A DNA stretch of 64,000 nt from an uncultured virus (IMG/VR IMGVR_UViG_3300020046_005824) (lineage: Duplodnaviria > Heunggongvirae > Uroviricota > Caudoviricetes), in the IMG/VR virus record IMGVR_UViG_3300020046_005824; one strand, 5' to 3'. Numbering within the stretch: position 1 is the first letter of the stretch; each line of letters starts with the position of its first letter. Under the pieces are notes generated by a model. It searched no databases, had not been told where the DNA came from, and saw only the letters and a program-made list of their open reading frames with translations. This document shows, one piece after another, positions 45,401-54,184 of this stretch. A program made the position numbers and the translations under genes.

Positions 45401-48400
45401 GTACGACGCTGCCAAGGCAGCTGGACTGGAAGAGAAATTCGCAGATCAGATGGCTGATCTCCATGAGTTCGCTGCCGAGGTATACACGTCGCCCACGTTT
45501 CGAAGCGCGCTCGCCGATGTGAAGATGCCCGGCGCGTCGCGCAACGCGTTCAACACGTTTGTGCGCGCGGCGATGCGCTTGCTTGGACTGAACCCTGACA
45601 CGGCTGCGGCCAAGGCGTTCGACGCCGTCGAGCGAATCATTGCGCTGAAAGAAGAGCAAGGCAAGCCGACAGACCCGGGCGGGGGTCGACAAACGGATAC
45701 CCCAGCCTTTAAGGCGTGGTTCGGTGACTCCAAGGTAGTTGACGACGCCGGGAAGCCGCTGGTGGTGTATCACGGAACGCCACACGACATCACTGAGTTC
45801 AACACGAAAGATTTTGGCGCGCTGCTTGGAAAGGGCGCGTATTTCACTGCCAACCCGGAAGACGCTGCTCAATACGCCGGGAAAATGACTGGCATTGTTG
45901 GGTCAAGGCCGAATATCGTACCGGCTTTCATTTCGATAAAAAACCCTTATCGGGTTGATTCTGTGCTTGCAAAAGTTCCAAGCCGCGCAAGCCTAGAGGC
46001 TGATGGCTACGACGGCGTGATCCTCGAAAAAGATGGAGCCGTCCGCTGGGCTGTCGCCTTCTTCCCCGAGCAAATCAAGTCTGCCATCGGCAACCGTGGC
46101 ACGTTCGATCCCAAAGACGGGAACATTCTGCGCCGCACTGACAAAGCAGCCGACGCCGACCCGAAGCCGCTGCGCCTCACTGATCTCGATAAAGACGGCG
46201 CCATCGCCGCCGAGATTATGGAGAAGGTGAAGGCGCAGCGCGTGCAGATGAACGTCGCTATTGAGAAGACGGGTGGTGTCGCGCGCAAGTTTGCGCTGAA
46301 GACGCTCGATTTCAAGTCACTCGGCAAGCGCATCGACGCCATCGCGGAGCGTGTTGGCTTTGGCACGCCGGCAGCGAATGCGTATGAAGCCATGAAGCGT
46401 CAGGACGCAATTCGCCAATCGATCGAAGCCACCATCGAGCGCGGCGCGTCCGAGCCTATTCGCAAGCTGAAGCAGACCGACCCCACTGCGTACAAGAAGG
46501 TGTCGGACATTATTTTCGCCGCCACGACGTTGCGCTATGACCCATCCGCGGCGGATTCAGAAATCCCGGCGGACAAGCGCAACATCCACTCGCCGAAGGG
46601 CGCGGAAGCTGCCACGGACCAGAAAGAGCTGCAGGATCGTTATGACGCGTTGAAGCCGAACGAGCGCGCTGCGATTGTGTCGTACTTCAAAACGATGCGG
46701 TCAATCCGCAACGAGATGATCAATGGCGTCATCGGTTTCGCGAAGAACAATCTCGAAGCGCTTCGCACCGCCGTGAACGCAGCCGAGACTGACGAAGAGA
46801 AAGCTTCTGCACAGGCCAAGGCGGCCAGCGGGCAAGGCGCGTTCGATCGTCTGGAGCAGCAGCTGCGTGATCTGCGCTGGGTGAACCCCTACGCCCCGCT
46901 AATGCGTTTTGGCGACTACATGGTGCACTACGTGAACGCCAACGGCCAGCCGGGTGTGATGGCGTTCACGTCTGAGACTGCGCGCGACGCCGGTATCAGC
47001 GAGCTCAAACGGCAGCAAGAAGCCGCGAAAGCCAAGGGTGAGACTGGGCCGCGGTTCGAAAAATTCAACCGCTACGAAAAGCCGGAGCTGTTTCTCGACG
47101 CGCTGGACAAGCGCGGTCAGTCGTTGGTGAAAGCACTGCGCGAGGTCGGTGAGCATGTTGAAGACACCGACATGCCCAAGGACGTATTCGACCGGATCGT
47201 TGAGCGGATCGCCGATGAACTCGCCGCGTCAACGCCCGCCAACAAATTGTTGGAGAGCGAAGCCGCGCGGAAAAATTATCTCGGGTTCGACCGCGATCTT
47301 CTGCGCGCCACTGGAAAGTACGCCGTTGCAGCTGGCCGCGCGATCAGCGCCGTGCGTGAAGGCCGCAACGTAGGCCGCGGGATGTACGACATCAACCGGC
47401 TCGCAGCCGGCACGGTGGCAGGACAGGATGAACCTGTTGGCGTGGCCAAGGGCAAGACCTACATGTCGGATGAAGACCTCGCGCAGATGAAAGACCTCGC
47501 GAGCGAAGTCAACGGGCGCTACGCATTCATCATGTCGCCCGAGTACGCGGGCTGGGCGAATGCACTCACGAAGACGGGGTTCATGTGGTTCATGGGGTTG
47601 AACCCGTCGAACGCCATCATGAACATGATGCAAATCCCCATGGTGCAGCTCCCCGTGCTGGCCGGCCGCTACGGTGTCAATCGTGCGTCCGCGGCGCTGA
47701 CGGCCGCTGTAAACAAAGTTTACACCGGTGAAGACAGCCTGAATGACTTCCTCAAGTCTGGCCGTGCGCACGAGCTCGCGCGCTATGACGCCGGCGCGCT
47801 GACTGAGGGCGGCGCTATCAAAACGGGAGCAGAAGCCGACGCTATTACGAAAGCGTACTCGGCTCTGCGCACCAGTGCGAACCCCTTCGACCAGTATCGG
47901 GCGATGATGGTTGACCAGATGCGCATGGGCTCACTGGAGGACAGCGCTACGCAGGACTTGATGAATGAAGCGCAAGGCAAGGACCCTGACAGCAAGCTTG
48001 CAAAAGCCGAGCTGATTGCTGCCGGCATGATGCGCAAGGCGGAGCAATTCAACCGCCTCGTGTCGGCCACCGGCGCGTTTGAGCTCGTGAATACCGAGCG
48101 CGACGCTGACTGGCAGAGCAAGATGCGGCAGGTGGCGCAGCTCGTGTACGAAGGCCACGGGGACTACTCACCACAGAACGCGCCGAAGTTGTTCCAGTCC
48201 AACCTCGGCAAAGTGCTTCTGCTGTTCAAGAAGTTCGGCTTTCACATGTATACCCAGATGTGGGGGTACGCCAAGGACGCACTGGACAAGCAGAATCTTT
48301 CGCCGGAGGAGCGCAAGATCGCAGCGAAGAAGCTGGGTACGATGATGTTCACCACCGCTGCCGTCGCAGGTGGCGCCGGCCTGCCGCTGTTCGGGATGTT

Positions 48401-49211
48401 GTCGTTGTTCTACGCCGGCATGATGGCGGCGTTCGGCGATGACGACGAGACGCGCGATCTGGTGACGAAGCTGCGTCAGCTGATGGACGCCGGCGGCGTG
48501 TCGAAGACGGCGCGCGAAGCGCTCCTGCAGGGGCTGCCGACGCTGCTGAATGTGAACGTGAGCTCACGACTTGGCTACAGTGACATGTTCTTCCGCAACC
48601 CTGAGGAGAACATGGACTCGACCAGCTGGTACAAGTACGCGTTCGAGACGATCGCTGGCCCGGTGGGCGCGATCCCCGCCTCCGCCGTACGCGGTACTGC
48701 GAAGATCATGGACGGCCAAGTAGCTGACGGTATGGCCACGATGATGCCGGCTGCGTTGCGCAATCTGGGCAACTCGCTGTTGATGATGGACCGCGAACAC
48801 GTACTGACCAAGCGTGGCGATGTCATCGCCGACGTAGACCTGACCGATGCGCTCAGTCAGCTCGTTGGTTTCACGCCGGCGCACGTAGCGCTCCAGCGTA
48901 GCGCCAATACGTCGGCCAAGGCCGTTGACGAGCGTCTCGCCGGTCAGCGGCGCGATCTGCTGGCCAATTGGCGCAACGCCGACGCACGCAACGACACCGA
49001 CGCGCGCGACAAGTTCAAGGCACGCATCGACAAGTTCAACGCGCACATGCGCGAGATCGACGCCCCGAAGATGGTCATCACGCCAAGCACGATGGAAAAA
49101 TCGCGCGAGCAGATGAAGACCAACAACCAGCTGGTGCGTAACGGCGTGCTGTACAACAAGAATCTGCTGGACGTCACGAAGCGTATTCGTGACGTGGCAG
49201 AGGACGATTAG
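42441..49211 (+). CDS. Large polyvalent/internal virion protein (2256 aa): zincin HExxH, ADP-ribosyltransferase-like and PLxRFG domains
   Basis: LAHEATHH...LHEFAAE; FKAWFGDSKVVD..PLVVYHGT..GAYFT..GYDG..QIKS; YAPLMRFGDY. Confidence 0.8.
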   Translation: MKKFRHPVTGQVFQFDDDVDGNRARELMDDYYREQAEVAHKLRMDNLRANNNSLAYGAKKSFQQFIPGLRNALGAGAKFLGADEFGRAATDNANAELARIEEERPTLYDSFSENPLGYTGEMIGQQAAPMLSMVAGGWAGAAGKAGALPAGAARAAAMQRGGLMAAAAVGYPQHVGENFGQYAREYGYDAAPAGTALAVAAPQTALDTLSLGRLAKGFGAPVMREMSEKGLGAIADRGMLSNIGRYAAREIPASMAHEGGTEFAQEALKIGGGAWGTGGSPMDELRRPERIDQMLDAAGSGALVGGVFGGLGGARQGVGARGGAQEELARRQAQLSEMPVDAPVAPPMDEAPPATDQFAMRRRVAAVNAQMDMAGRGGLAAAQAQQPAAQADPEEMLNERAMELTAQLETIREFHKGEPEQGTLARVQYDQLLSQLAQTQSELETIWANTVTPYNANANRPTLPPTAQPGQIGELFTDLPVPKQPKPKKMVEDAYVPPEERNYLKPANQRTEPVDSTGALLDDTPEKRDKLMAPLQAAGIAPVQDTRPLALLRLTPYQRAAAQLYDKMSRLQVDVGEPSQRGMFAGELRRLAETPGATPEQAAGLQALREALEPPVDFGKMVAEIAKPKSAKPAEKPATMRPAKEALPVADEAAAEKVWDANAKAAQVFKWADLSKLPEAGNDVAGVDPEADAALRADARQKFAEWVTANPKATPEETRAEMARAVETVMKPLDAEYKASDMQEHRAKMSAAADQFARAVNRKDAKLQRKIISDLSEHTKEWSAMIDDAYVKGEFDQRLAELEGKAPVKKTWRETQKEKREKPKEKKAPKREPKPSSEDKVGALEEDLYDDDTSGILAQKQRQKVPSLPATARAALEKGDLKEALRAAYRDLTGPLAREAWIGQRLVQALNRVGAPDKVRVDASLPHAGQYEWGGGRSELVVRPDANVVTLAHEATHHLTASTIQRYMEKKALSPAETAAMKDLQAAYDAAKAAGLEEKFADQMADLHEFAAEVYTSPTFRSALADVKMPGASRNAFNTFVRAAMRLLGLNPDTAAAKAFDAVERIIALKEEQGKPTDPGGGRQTDTPAFKAWFGDSKVVDDAGKPLVVYHGTPHDITEFNTKDFGALLGKGAYFTANPEDAAQYAGKMTGIVGSRPNIVPAFISIKNPYRVDSVLAKVPSRASLEADGYDGVILEKDGAVRWAVAFFPEQIKSAIGNRGTFDPKDGNILRRTDKAADADPKPLRLTDLDKDGAIAAEIMEKVKAQRVQMNVAIEKTGGVARKFALKTLDFKSLGKRIDAIAERVGFGTPAANAYEAMKRQDAIRQSIEATIERGASEPIRKLKQTDPTAYKKVSDIIFAATTLRYDPSAADSEIPADKRNIHSPKGAEAATDQKELQDRYDALKPNERAAIVSYFKTMRSIRNEMINGVIGFAKNNLEALRTAVNAAETDEEKASAQAKAASGQGAFDRLEQQLRDLRWVNPYAPLMRFGDYMVHYVNANGQPGVMAFTSETARDAGISELKRQQEAAKAKGETGPRFEKFNRYEKPELFLDALDKRGQSLVKALREVGEHVEDTDMPKDVFDRIVERIADELAASTPANKLLESEAARKNYLGFDRDLLRATGKYAVAAGRAISAVREGRNVGRGMYDINRLAAGTVAGQDEPVGVAKGKTYMSDEDLAQMKDLASEVNGRYAFIMSPEYAGWANALTKTGFMWFMGLNPSNAIMNMMQIPMVQLPVLAGRYGVNRASAALTAAVNKVYTGEDSLNDFLKSGRAHELARYDAGALTEGGAIKTGAEADAITKAYSALRTSANPFDQYRAMMVDQMRMGSLEDSATQDLMNEAQGKDPDSKLAKAELIAAGMMRKAEQFNRLVSATGAFELVNTERDADWQSKMRQVAQLVYEGHGDYSPQNAPKLFQSNLGKVLLLFKKFGFHMYTQMWGYAKDALDKQNLSPEERKIAAKKLGTMMFTTAAVAGGAGLPLFGMLSLFYAGMMAAFGDDDETRDLVTKLRQLMDAGGVSKTAREALLQGLPTLLNVNVSSRLGYSDMFFRNPEENMDSTSWYKYAFETIAGPVGAIPASAVRGTAKIMDGQVADGMATMMPAALRNLGNSLLMMDREHVLTKRGDVIADVDLTDALSQLVGFTPAHVALQRSANTSAKAVDERLAGQRRDLLANWRNADARNDTDARDKFKARIDKFNAHMREIDAPKMVITPSTMEKSREQMKTNNQLVRNGVLYNKNLLDVTKRIRDVAEDD

Positions 49212-49408
49212 GCGAACGCCGCCTTCGGCGTCCGCTTGATCTTGCGCACCAACTGTTTGGCGCGCGCCTCACTTATACCCTTCTTGAAGCGGTACACAGT
49301 CTGCCCGTCGTCCCGACGCAGTTTGATGATGGTGAGCTCACTGGTCGGAGCCACCGATGCGATCGCCGCTGCGAGCCCGGCGCGTGAATCTACTACGATA
49401 TGGTTCAT
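49208..49408 (-). CDS. Hypothetical basic protein
   Basis: AGGAG RBS; converges with the late operon. Confidence 0.65.
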   Translation of the reverse strand: MNHIVVDSRAGLAAAIASVAPTSELTIIKLRRDDGQTVYRFKKGISEARAKQLVRKIKRTPKAAFA

Positions 49409-49417
49409 GTCGTTCTC

Positions 49418-49648
49418 CTAGTCGTCTTTCAAAATTAGCCCGCGCGCCTTTGTCCACTTGCGGACATCAGCTTTCCAATTCAGCATGGAGCGACGTTCGA
49501 CCGTGTTGATCGACGTTATCACGTCCGCGCTGTTCCCCTGTCTGTCTACCACTGTCACACTGAAGTGTGAACTTTTGCGCGGGGTTAACTTCACCACGCG
49601 CAGCCCCAGCTGCTCCAGTATTCGCTGTTGATCACGCGGCAAGCGCAT
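49418..49648 (-). CDS. Hypothetical basic protein
   Basis: AAGGA RBS; overlaps primase end. Confidence 0.6.
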   Translation of the reverse strand: MRLPRDQQRILEQLGLRVVKLTPRKSSHFSVTVVDRQGNSADVITSINTVERRSMLNWKADVRKWTKARGLILKDD

Positions 49649-52589
49649 TCACGGTTTCCTTACGTTGTACAGACTGCATTGTGTCTCGCGGCATCTCGAT
49701 GCGCAAGTACGAGGACTTGAACCCGAGGAGGAATTCTTCGACACGCGATACACGGTAGCCTGTGCCTTCGAGCGCGAGCCCGAGAGTTTTCATTGGGTCG
49801 GTGCGGATGGAGGGGAAAATCTTCGTCCCCATCGCCATGACTTTTGATTGGCTGATGTACAGCGCAGGGACGCCGGGGCCGATAGTGGCAAGGCCCGGAG
49901 TCGCCCAGTCGTTTGCCACAATGAAACAATCTGTCGATGCGTTGAAGTTGGTGTTGCCTACGGCGTTCATGTTGCCGAGCAGGAACCCATCGATCTTTCG
50001 AGCCAGTTCCAATCCTCCCTGTGGCGTGCGGACCATACGCGTGATGGCGCCACCGCTGGCGGTGATGAACGCGCGAATATCCTGTACCGTATTGTTCGTG
50101 GCACTGACTGCTTCGTTCTCAACGGCGATCGCGAGCTCGGCGATTGTCTGTTCCAGTGCACTGGCGGCGAAAAATGTCAGGCCGCTGGCGGTGGTGATCT
50201 CATTGGCTACGAGGATAGCGGCGAACGCATCCAGCTTGAAACGCATCATGCTGCGGTGCGCCTCGTTGCGGCAGAACTTTGCCGCGAGCTGCTCGACCTT
50301 ATCGCTGATGGCGTGCCGGGTCGCTGTGACGCCGCGACGCAGTACAGCCCCAACGAACTCCCGGCCGGCGAGCCCGTAGTTGTCGAAAATCTGCTCGAAG
50401 CGGGAACGGTTCGCCGCCGCAAGTCGCCCGGGTGGAATGAGCACGCTGGTCATACGTGCAAGCTCGCCCTCTGCGTTGCCGTTGCGTTTGATCTCGTACT
50501 CGATATCCACGTTCGCCGATGACACCCCCAACAGGCACCACGGCGCGCCGGACGGCAGGAGTTCACCGCTCTGCGAGAGTCGCTGCCGCGGCTCGCCGGA
50601 CGCAAGGTCGAACGCCAACGCGCGGTAGTTGTCTGCGCCATACAACGTGATTTCATCCACGATGCCGGGCAAATTACCGTACGCGGAGAAGCGGTCAACG
50701 AGCGCCTTGTACGTAGAGTTCGCAGTCTTGATCTGCAGCGGGTTGGCCCAGATAGACCAGATGGTTGCCTGCACTGAAGTCTTGCCTGAGCCGCTGGCTT
50801 GGCTGTACAGGTGCAGCAGGTGTGAGCGCCGGTGCGGCGTCAGCGGCATGAGGACGGACGCGAAGCCCGCCGTGATGGCGAATTGGTGGTGGGCGCGCTC
50901 TGGCCCGCAGAACGTCGCTACGGCGTCCTGCCACTTCTGCAATGACCCGTGTCCGGTGAGGTCGAGGTTGTACCGTGCAAGCCGCTCCGGCATCATCGCC
51001 GGCACCGTTGAGGGGGCGCCGTTGACTGTGGTGATGTGTTGAAAGCCGAGGTTGAAGCGGCTGAAGTTCGAGGACCAACCGAGTGCCTCCAGCAGCGGGG
51101 AGTCGTCGACAAGCCGGTTGATAAGGTCAAGTGAGAGGTTGAAAAAATTCGTGGCCATCTTCGGGTTCACCGCCGCGCGGGGGAACCCAAACTTCACGAG
51201 CATCGAAACGACTTTCGCGGTGTTGCCGAAAGTGTCGTCGGGGATGATGTGGCGCACGGGCCGTTCGGTTTTCTTGGCCCAAAAAACAAACTCGTAGCAG
51301 AGGATGCCCTGAGCGTTGCGAAATTTGAACTGGGGCCAGAAGACGCCGTCCCACACTGGGATGACGACATACTCTTTCTCACCCTCGGGGGAATCAACCT
51401 GCTTGCGCACCAGCGTGCGAAACTGGACCGGGTCGAACCCGAATGTGTCGGGCCACTTCGTCGGAGGTTGATACAGCCGCAGGTGTGCTTCATCTTCCGT
51501 CGGGTGGAACTCGCGCAGGAGCGAGTAGATCACATCCCCCGGGTCCGGCGCGGAGGCGGCTGATGCGTTTTCCGGAGGCATGTACCCGAACCGAATGGGT
51601 GAGCCTGCCCCAGTCTGATGCTTGCATCCGCCGCACTTCCCATGTGCGGCCATCACAGCACAAGTCCGAGGGTGCTGCTGTCCAGCCCACGCGCTGAGTT
51701 TGGCCTCAACGGCGGCCCCTTCCCCGTAGCGGGCCGTGTCATGCATCGATACGGCGTGGGCGTACTGCCGACCATCCTCGGCCTTGCTGCACGTAGCGAG
51801 AAGGTCCACCCACAGGCCCTCGGACATTTGGTCCGGCTGCTGGTTCTCGGGGCGCAGCGCGTTGGCGAACAGCACGCATTCGCCGGACGCGACGATCGAT
51901 TCAATCCAGTACGTTTTGTGTGTCGGCTTGAGCGAGATGTCCAGAAGCGCAAGCGCGTTGCCCGGCACGGCGGGCACAACAGGGGCGCTGGTGGGGGCCA
52001 GCGACGCAAACGCTTCGACGGCGTATTGCACGCCTGTCTCAACCCATGTGACAGCGCGCGGTGGCGCGTACTTATAGTTCTTTGTGCCCGGGCAGCGCAG
52101 GAGTCGCACGACGTCCGCCGGCACCGTGGGGTCGACTTTGAAATCGACCGCGGCGCACGCGGCCTTGAGGGCTGTGCCGTACTGCTTCCACACGGCGGGG
52201 GCCAGCGGCGCCGTGAGCGACCAGTAGATGTGGACGCCGCCCCCGGACTCGACAACCATCGTGGGGACGGGCAAGGAGTACGTGCGGCGCAGTAGCGCCA
52301 GCTTGCGCTGTGCGTAGCGCGCGGGGTCCGGGTCGTCGATGTCCTTGTAGTCGATGTCCAGCATGAACGCCTGCTTGGACACCGCGTTCAAGCCATTGCG
52401 CTCCTGCCGAGACAGGAGCGCAGTGCAGAAGTAGGCGTCGTGCCCGCGGGCGTCTATGGCGTGGAGTTCATGTTCGAGTCCGTCGAGAGTCTTGTGATAG
52501 GTATGGTGGCGTGCCTGAAGATCGAAAGCGCAATAGAACGCTGCGCCATCGTTCGCTGGGAGCGCCAGCGACAGAAACTTAGTGGACAT
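49632..52589 (-). CDS. Primase-helicase (RepB/AEP-type primase plus DUF927 ATPase)
   Basis: LDID, SGGGVHIYW, RLLRCPGT, Cys cluster, SGSGKT, IVDE. Confidence 0.8.
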   Translation of the reverse strand: MSTKFLSLALPANDGAAFYCAFDLQARHHTYHKTLDGLEHELHAIDARGHDAYFCTALLSRQERNGLNAVSKQAFMLDIDYKDIDDPDPARYAQRKLALLRRTYSLPVPTMVVESGGGVHIYWSLTAPLAPAVWKQYGTALKAACAAVDFKVDPTVPADVVRLLRCPGTKNYKYAPPRAVTWVETGVQYAVEAFASLAPTSAPVVPAVPGNALALLDISLKPTHKTYWIESIVASGECVLFANALRPENQQPDQMSEGLWVDLLATCSKAEDGRQYAHAVSMHDTARYGEGAAVEAKLSAWAGQQHPRTCAVMAAHGKCGGCKHQTGAGSPIRFGYMPPENASAASAPDPGDVIYSLLREFHPTEDEAHLRLYQPPTKWPDTFGFDPVQFRTLVRKQVDSPEGEKEYVVIPVWDGVFWPQFKFRNAQGILCYEFVFWAKKTERPVRHIIPDDTFGNTAKVVSMLVKFGFPRAAVNPKMATNFFNLSLDLINRLVDDSPLLEALGWSSNFSRFNLGFQHITTVNGAPSTVPAMMPERLARYNLDLTGHGSLQKWQDAVATFCGPERAHHQFAITAGFASVLMPLTPHRRSHLLHLYSQASGSGKTSVQATIWSIWANPLQIKTANSTYKALVDRFSAYGNLPGIVDEITLYGADNYRALAFDLASGEPRQRLSQSGELLPSGAPWCLLGVSSANVDIEYEIKRNGNAEGELARMTSVLIPPGRLAAANRSRFEQIFDNYGLAGREFVGAVLRRGVTATRHAISDKVEQLAAKFCRNEAHRSMMRFKLDAFAAILVANEITTASGLTFFAASALEQTIAELAIAVENEAVSATNNTVQDIRAFITASGGAITRMVRTPQGGLELARKIDGFLLGNMNAVGNTNFNASTDCFIVANDWATPGLATIGPGVPALYISQSKVMAMGTKIFPSIRTDPMKTLGLALEGTGYRVSRVEEFLLGFKSSYLRIEMPRDTMQSVQRKETVNALAA

Positions 52590-52613
52590 GAAACCTCCGG
52601 CCGGACGAGTATC

Positions 52614-52880
52614 CTACTCGTCCAGCTCGCCTTCTTCAAGAGGGTACATCGCCTCAATGGCGCCGATGATCTTCTCCGCGGTCTCATAAATTGGCAATGA
52701 GTCCGGGCGGGTAGTTTTGTACAGCGTGTTGACGCTGAGTTCTGTAGCAGCCTGCAGGTCGGGCATCCGCAGCCCCAACCCGAAAGCTCGCAGGTACGGG
52801 GCGCGCAGCGGATGCCACATGGGCATCCGTGCGACGCTCTCGATCACTCGCTGGCTCGTCGCACGGGGCTTGCGCCCCAT
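52614..52880 (-). CDS. Putative HTH DNA-binding protein
   Basis: DLQAATELSVNTLYK; AAGGAG RBS. Confidence 0.55.
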   Translation of the reverse strand: MGRKPRATSQRVIESVARMPMWHPLRAPYLRAFGLGLRMPDLQAATELSVNTLYKTTRPDSLPIYETAEKIIGAIEAMYPLEEGELDE

Positions 52881-52912
52881 GACGATCTCCTTCGGAGCGG
52901 CGTCGTCCACGC

Positions 52913-53758
52913 TCACTCCTCAGTCTGCCAAGCGGTGACAGCGGCTGACATCGTGCTCGCCGCGCCGGCTGGCACGACCGGTACGGTGGGAGCCACTGCG
53001 GCCGTGACCGTAGCGGGGGTGACGCCAGAGGCGGCCGTGTCCTGCTTGAACACCTTGAGCTCGATCAGCTTGGCGACTTCATCGCGCTCCATCTGCTTGC
53101 GCACGATGGGGACGTTCTCGTCACCGATGTAGCCACTGCCGGCGCAGCTGAACAGCAGCTTCGGGACCGCGGAGTTCGTGTCGAAGCGCATCTTCGTCAC
53201 GACCGAGGGCATGGGCACCTTCTGGCTGGACAGGAAGGTCGCGTACGGGCGGAACGGGGCACCGCCGTTGACCGTGTCGCCGAAGATCGACATCGCCGGA
53301 AGCTGCACGCCGTAGACGTCGCCGCCCATGTCGTTGGCCAGCGCCACCGCGATGCGTTGCACGTACCGACAGGCTTTCCCCTTACCGTCGGTCGCGGAAC
53401 CCTTCACGTTCTTCGGGCAGGTGTTGCAGGTGTCGCTTTGCTTGCGCGCGTCGGCGTCGGGGGCATTCCCGTCGGACGACCAGCAGGCGGGGGAGGCATC
53501 GACGCCTTCCTGATACGCACCTTCATAGAACTGCCGGTGCACGTGCGGCGCAGCGCCAACAACCACGACGTCGAGAGAGCGCTCCTCGCGTACGGCGATC
53601 TCCTGCTTGCCAGACATCAGGCGGAACATGCCGCCCCGGATGCTGATGCGCTTGAGGTTGTCGCCAGCGACAGATTGCGTGAAATCCTTGCCGGCGAACG
53701 CATTCTGCGCCGTCGCGAGGGCCGTGGCATTGGAAGGAAGAACCAGATCATTTGACAT
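52913..53758 (-). CDS. Putative ssDNA-binding/annealing protein
   Basis: RISIRGG, PACWSSDG, CNTCP, KACR; replication context; acidic end. Confidence 0.6.
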   Translation of the reverse strand: MSNDLVLPSNATALATAQNAFAGKDFTQSVAGDNLKRISIRGGMFRLMSGKQEIAVREERSLDVVVVGAAPHVHRQFYEGAYQEGVDASPACWSSDGNAPDADARKQSDTCNTCPKNVKGSATDGKGKACRYVQRIAVALANDMGGDVYGVQLPAMSIFGDTVNGGAPFRPYATFLSSQKVPMPSVVTKMRFDTNSAVPKLLFSCAGSGYIGDENVPIVRKQMERDEVAKLIELKVFKQDTAASGVTPATVTAAVAPTVPVVPAGAASTMSAAVTAWQTEE

Positions 53759-53779
53759 GTAGAAACTCCATAGTCGCCG

Positions 53780-54184
53780 TTACGATGCCCGCACGATGGC
53801 CTTGGCCGTCTGCTCGAGCTGCAACCCGGACGGCGATTGCCCGGGGTGATCTTCAAGAAAGGTTTGCATGTTCGCTTGCGCAATGCGGCGCTCGAACAAG
53901 TGATACGCCTTGTGGAGGTCCACAAACTTGTGGAACGCTTCCCAGTCGGTCGTTGAATAGCGAGTCTTCTTCTGCAGAAGAACGGTGAACTTCCCAACGC
54001 CCGTCTCGACGCGGAAAGATGAGAGGCTCGCGTCGAGGCAGTGATGGCGCAGTACCTCTTCATAGGCCGCCATTTTTTCGTCGAACGCGTTGTCTATGCG
54101 CTCCCACGCTTTCTTGGCGCTCTCACGCTCGTCGCGCAGTTGGATATACGCTGCGACAGTGTCGCTCATGTCGTTGGTGCTCAT
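53780..54184 (-). CDS. Conserved replication-module protein
   Basis: YIQLRD, DWEAF, LFERRI, PSGL; between helicase and SSB-like gene. Confidence 0.7.
   Translation of the reverse strand: MSTNDMSDTVAAYIQLRDERESAKKAWERIDNAFDEKMAAYEEVLRHHCLDASLSSFRVETGVGKFTVLLQKKTRYSTTDWEAFHKFVDLHKAYHLFERRIAQANMQTFLEDHPGQSPSGLQLEQTAKAIVRAS

Noticed and set aside
40501..45872. Long minus-strand ORFs (699, 519 and 565 aa) and similar antisense ORFs opposite the AAA+, terL, helicase and polymerase genes
   Set aside because: Shadow ORFs of GC-rich genes; no motifs or RBS, and the opposite strand has clear genes.
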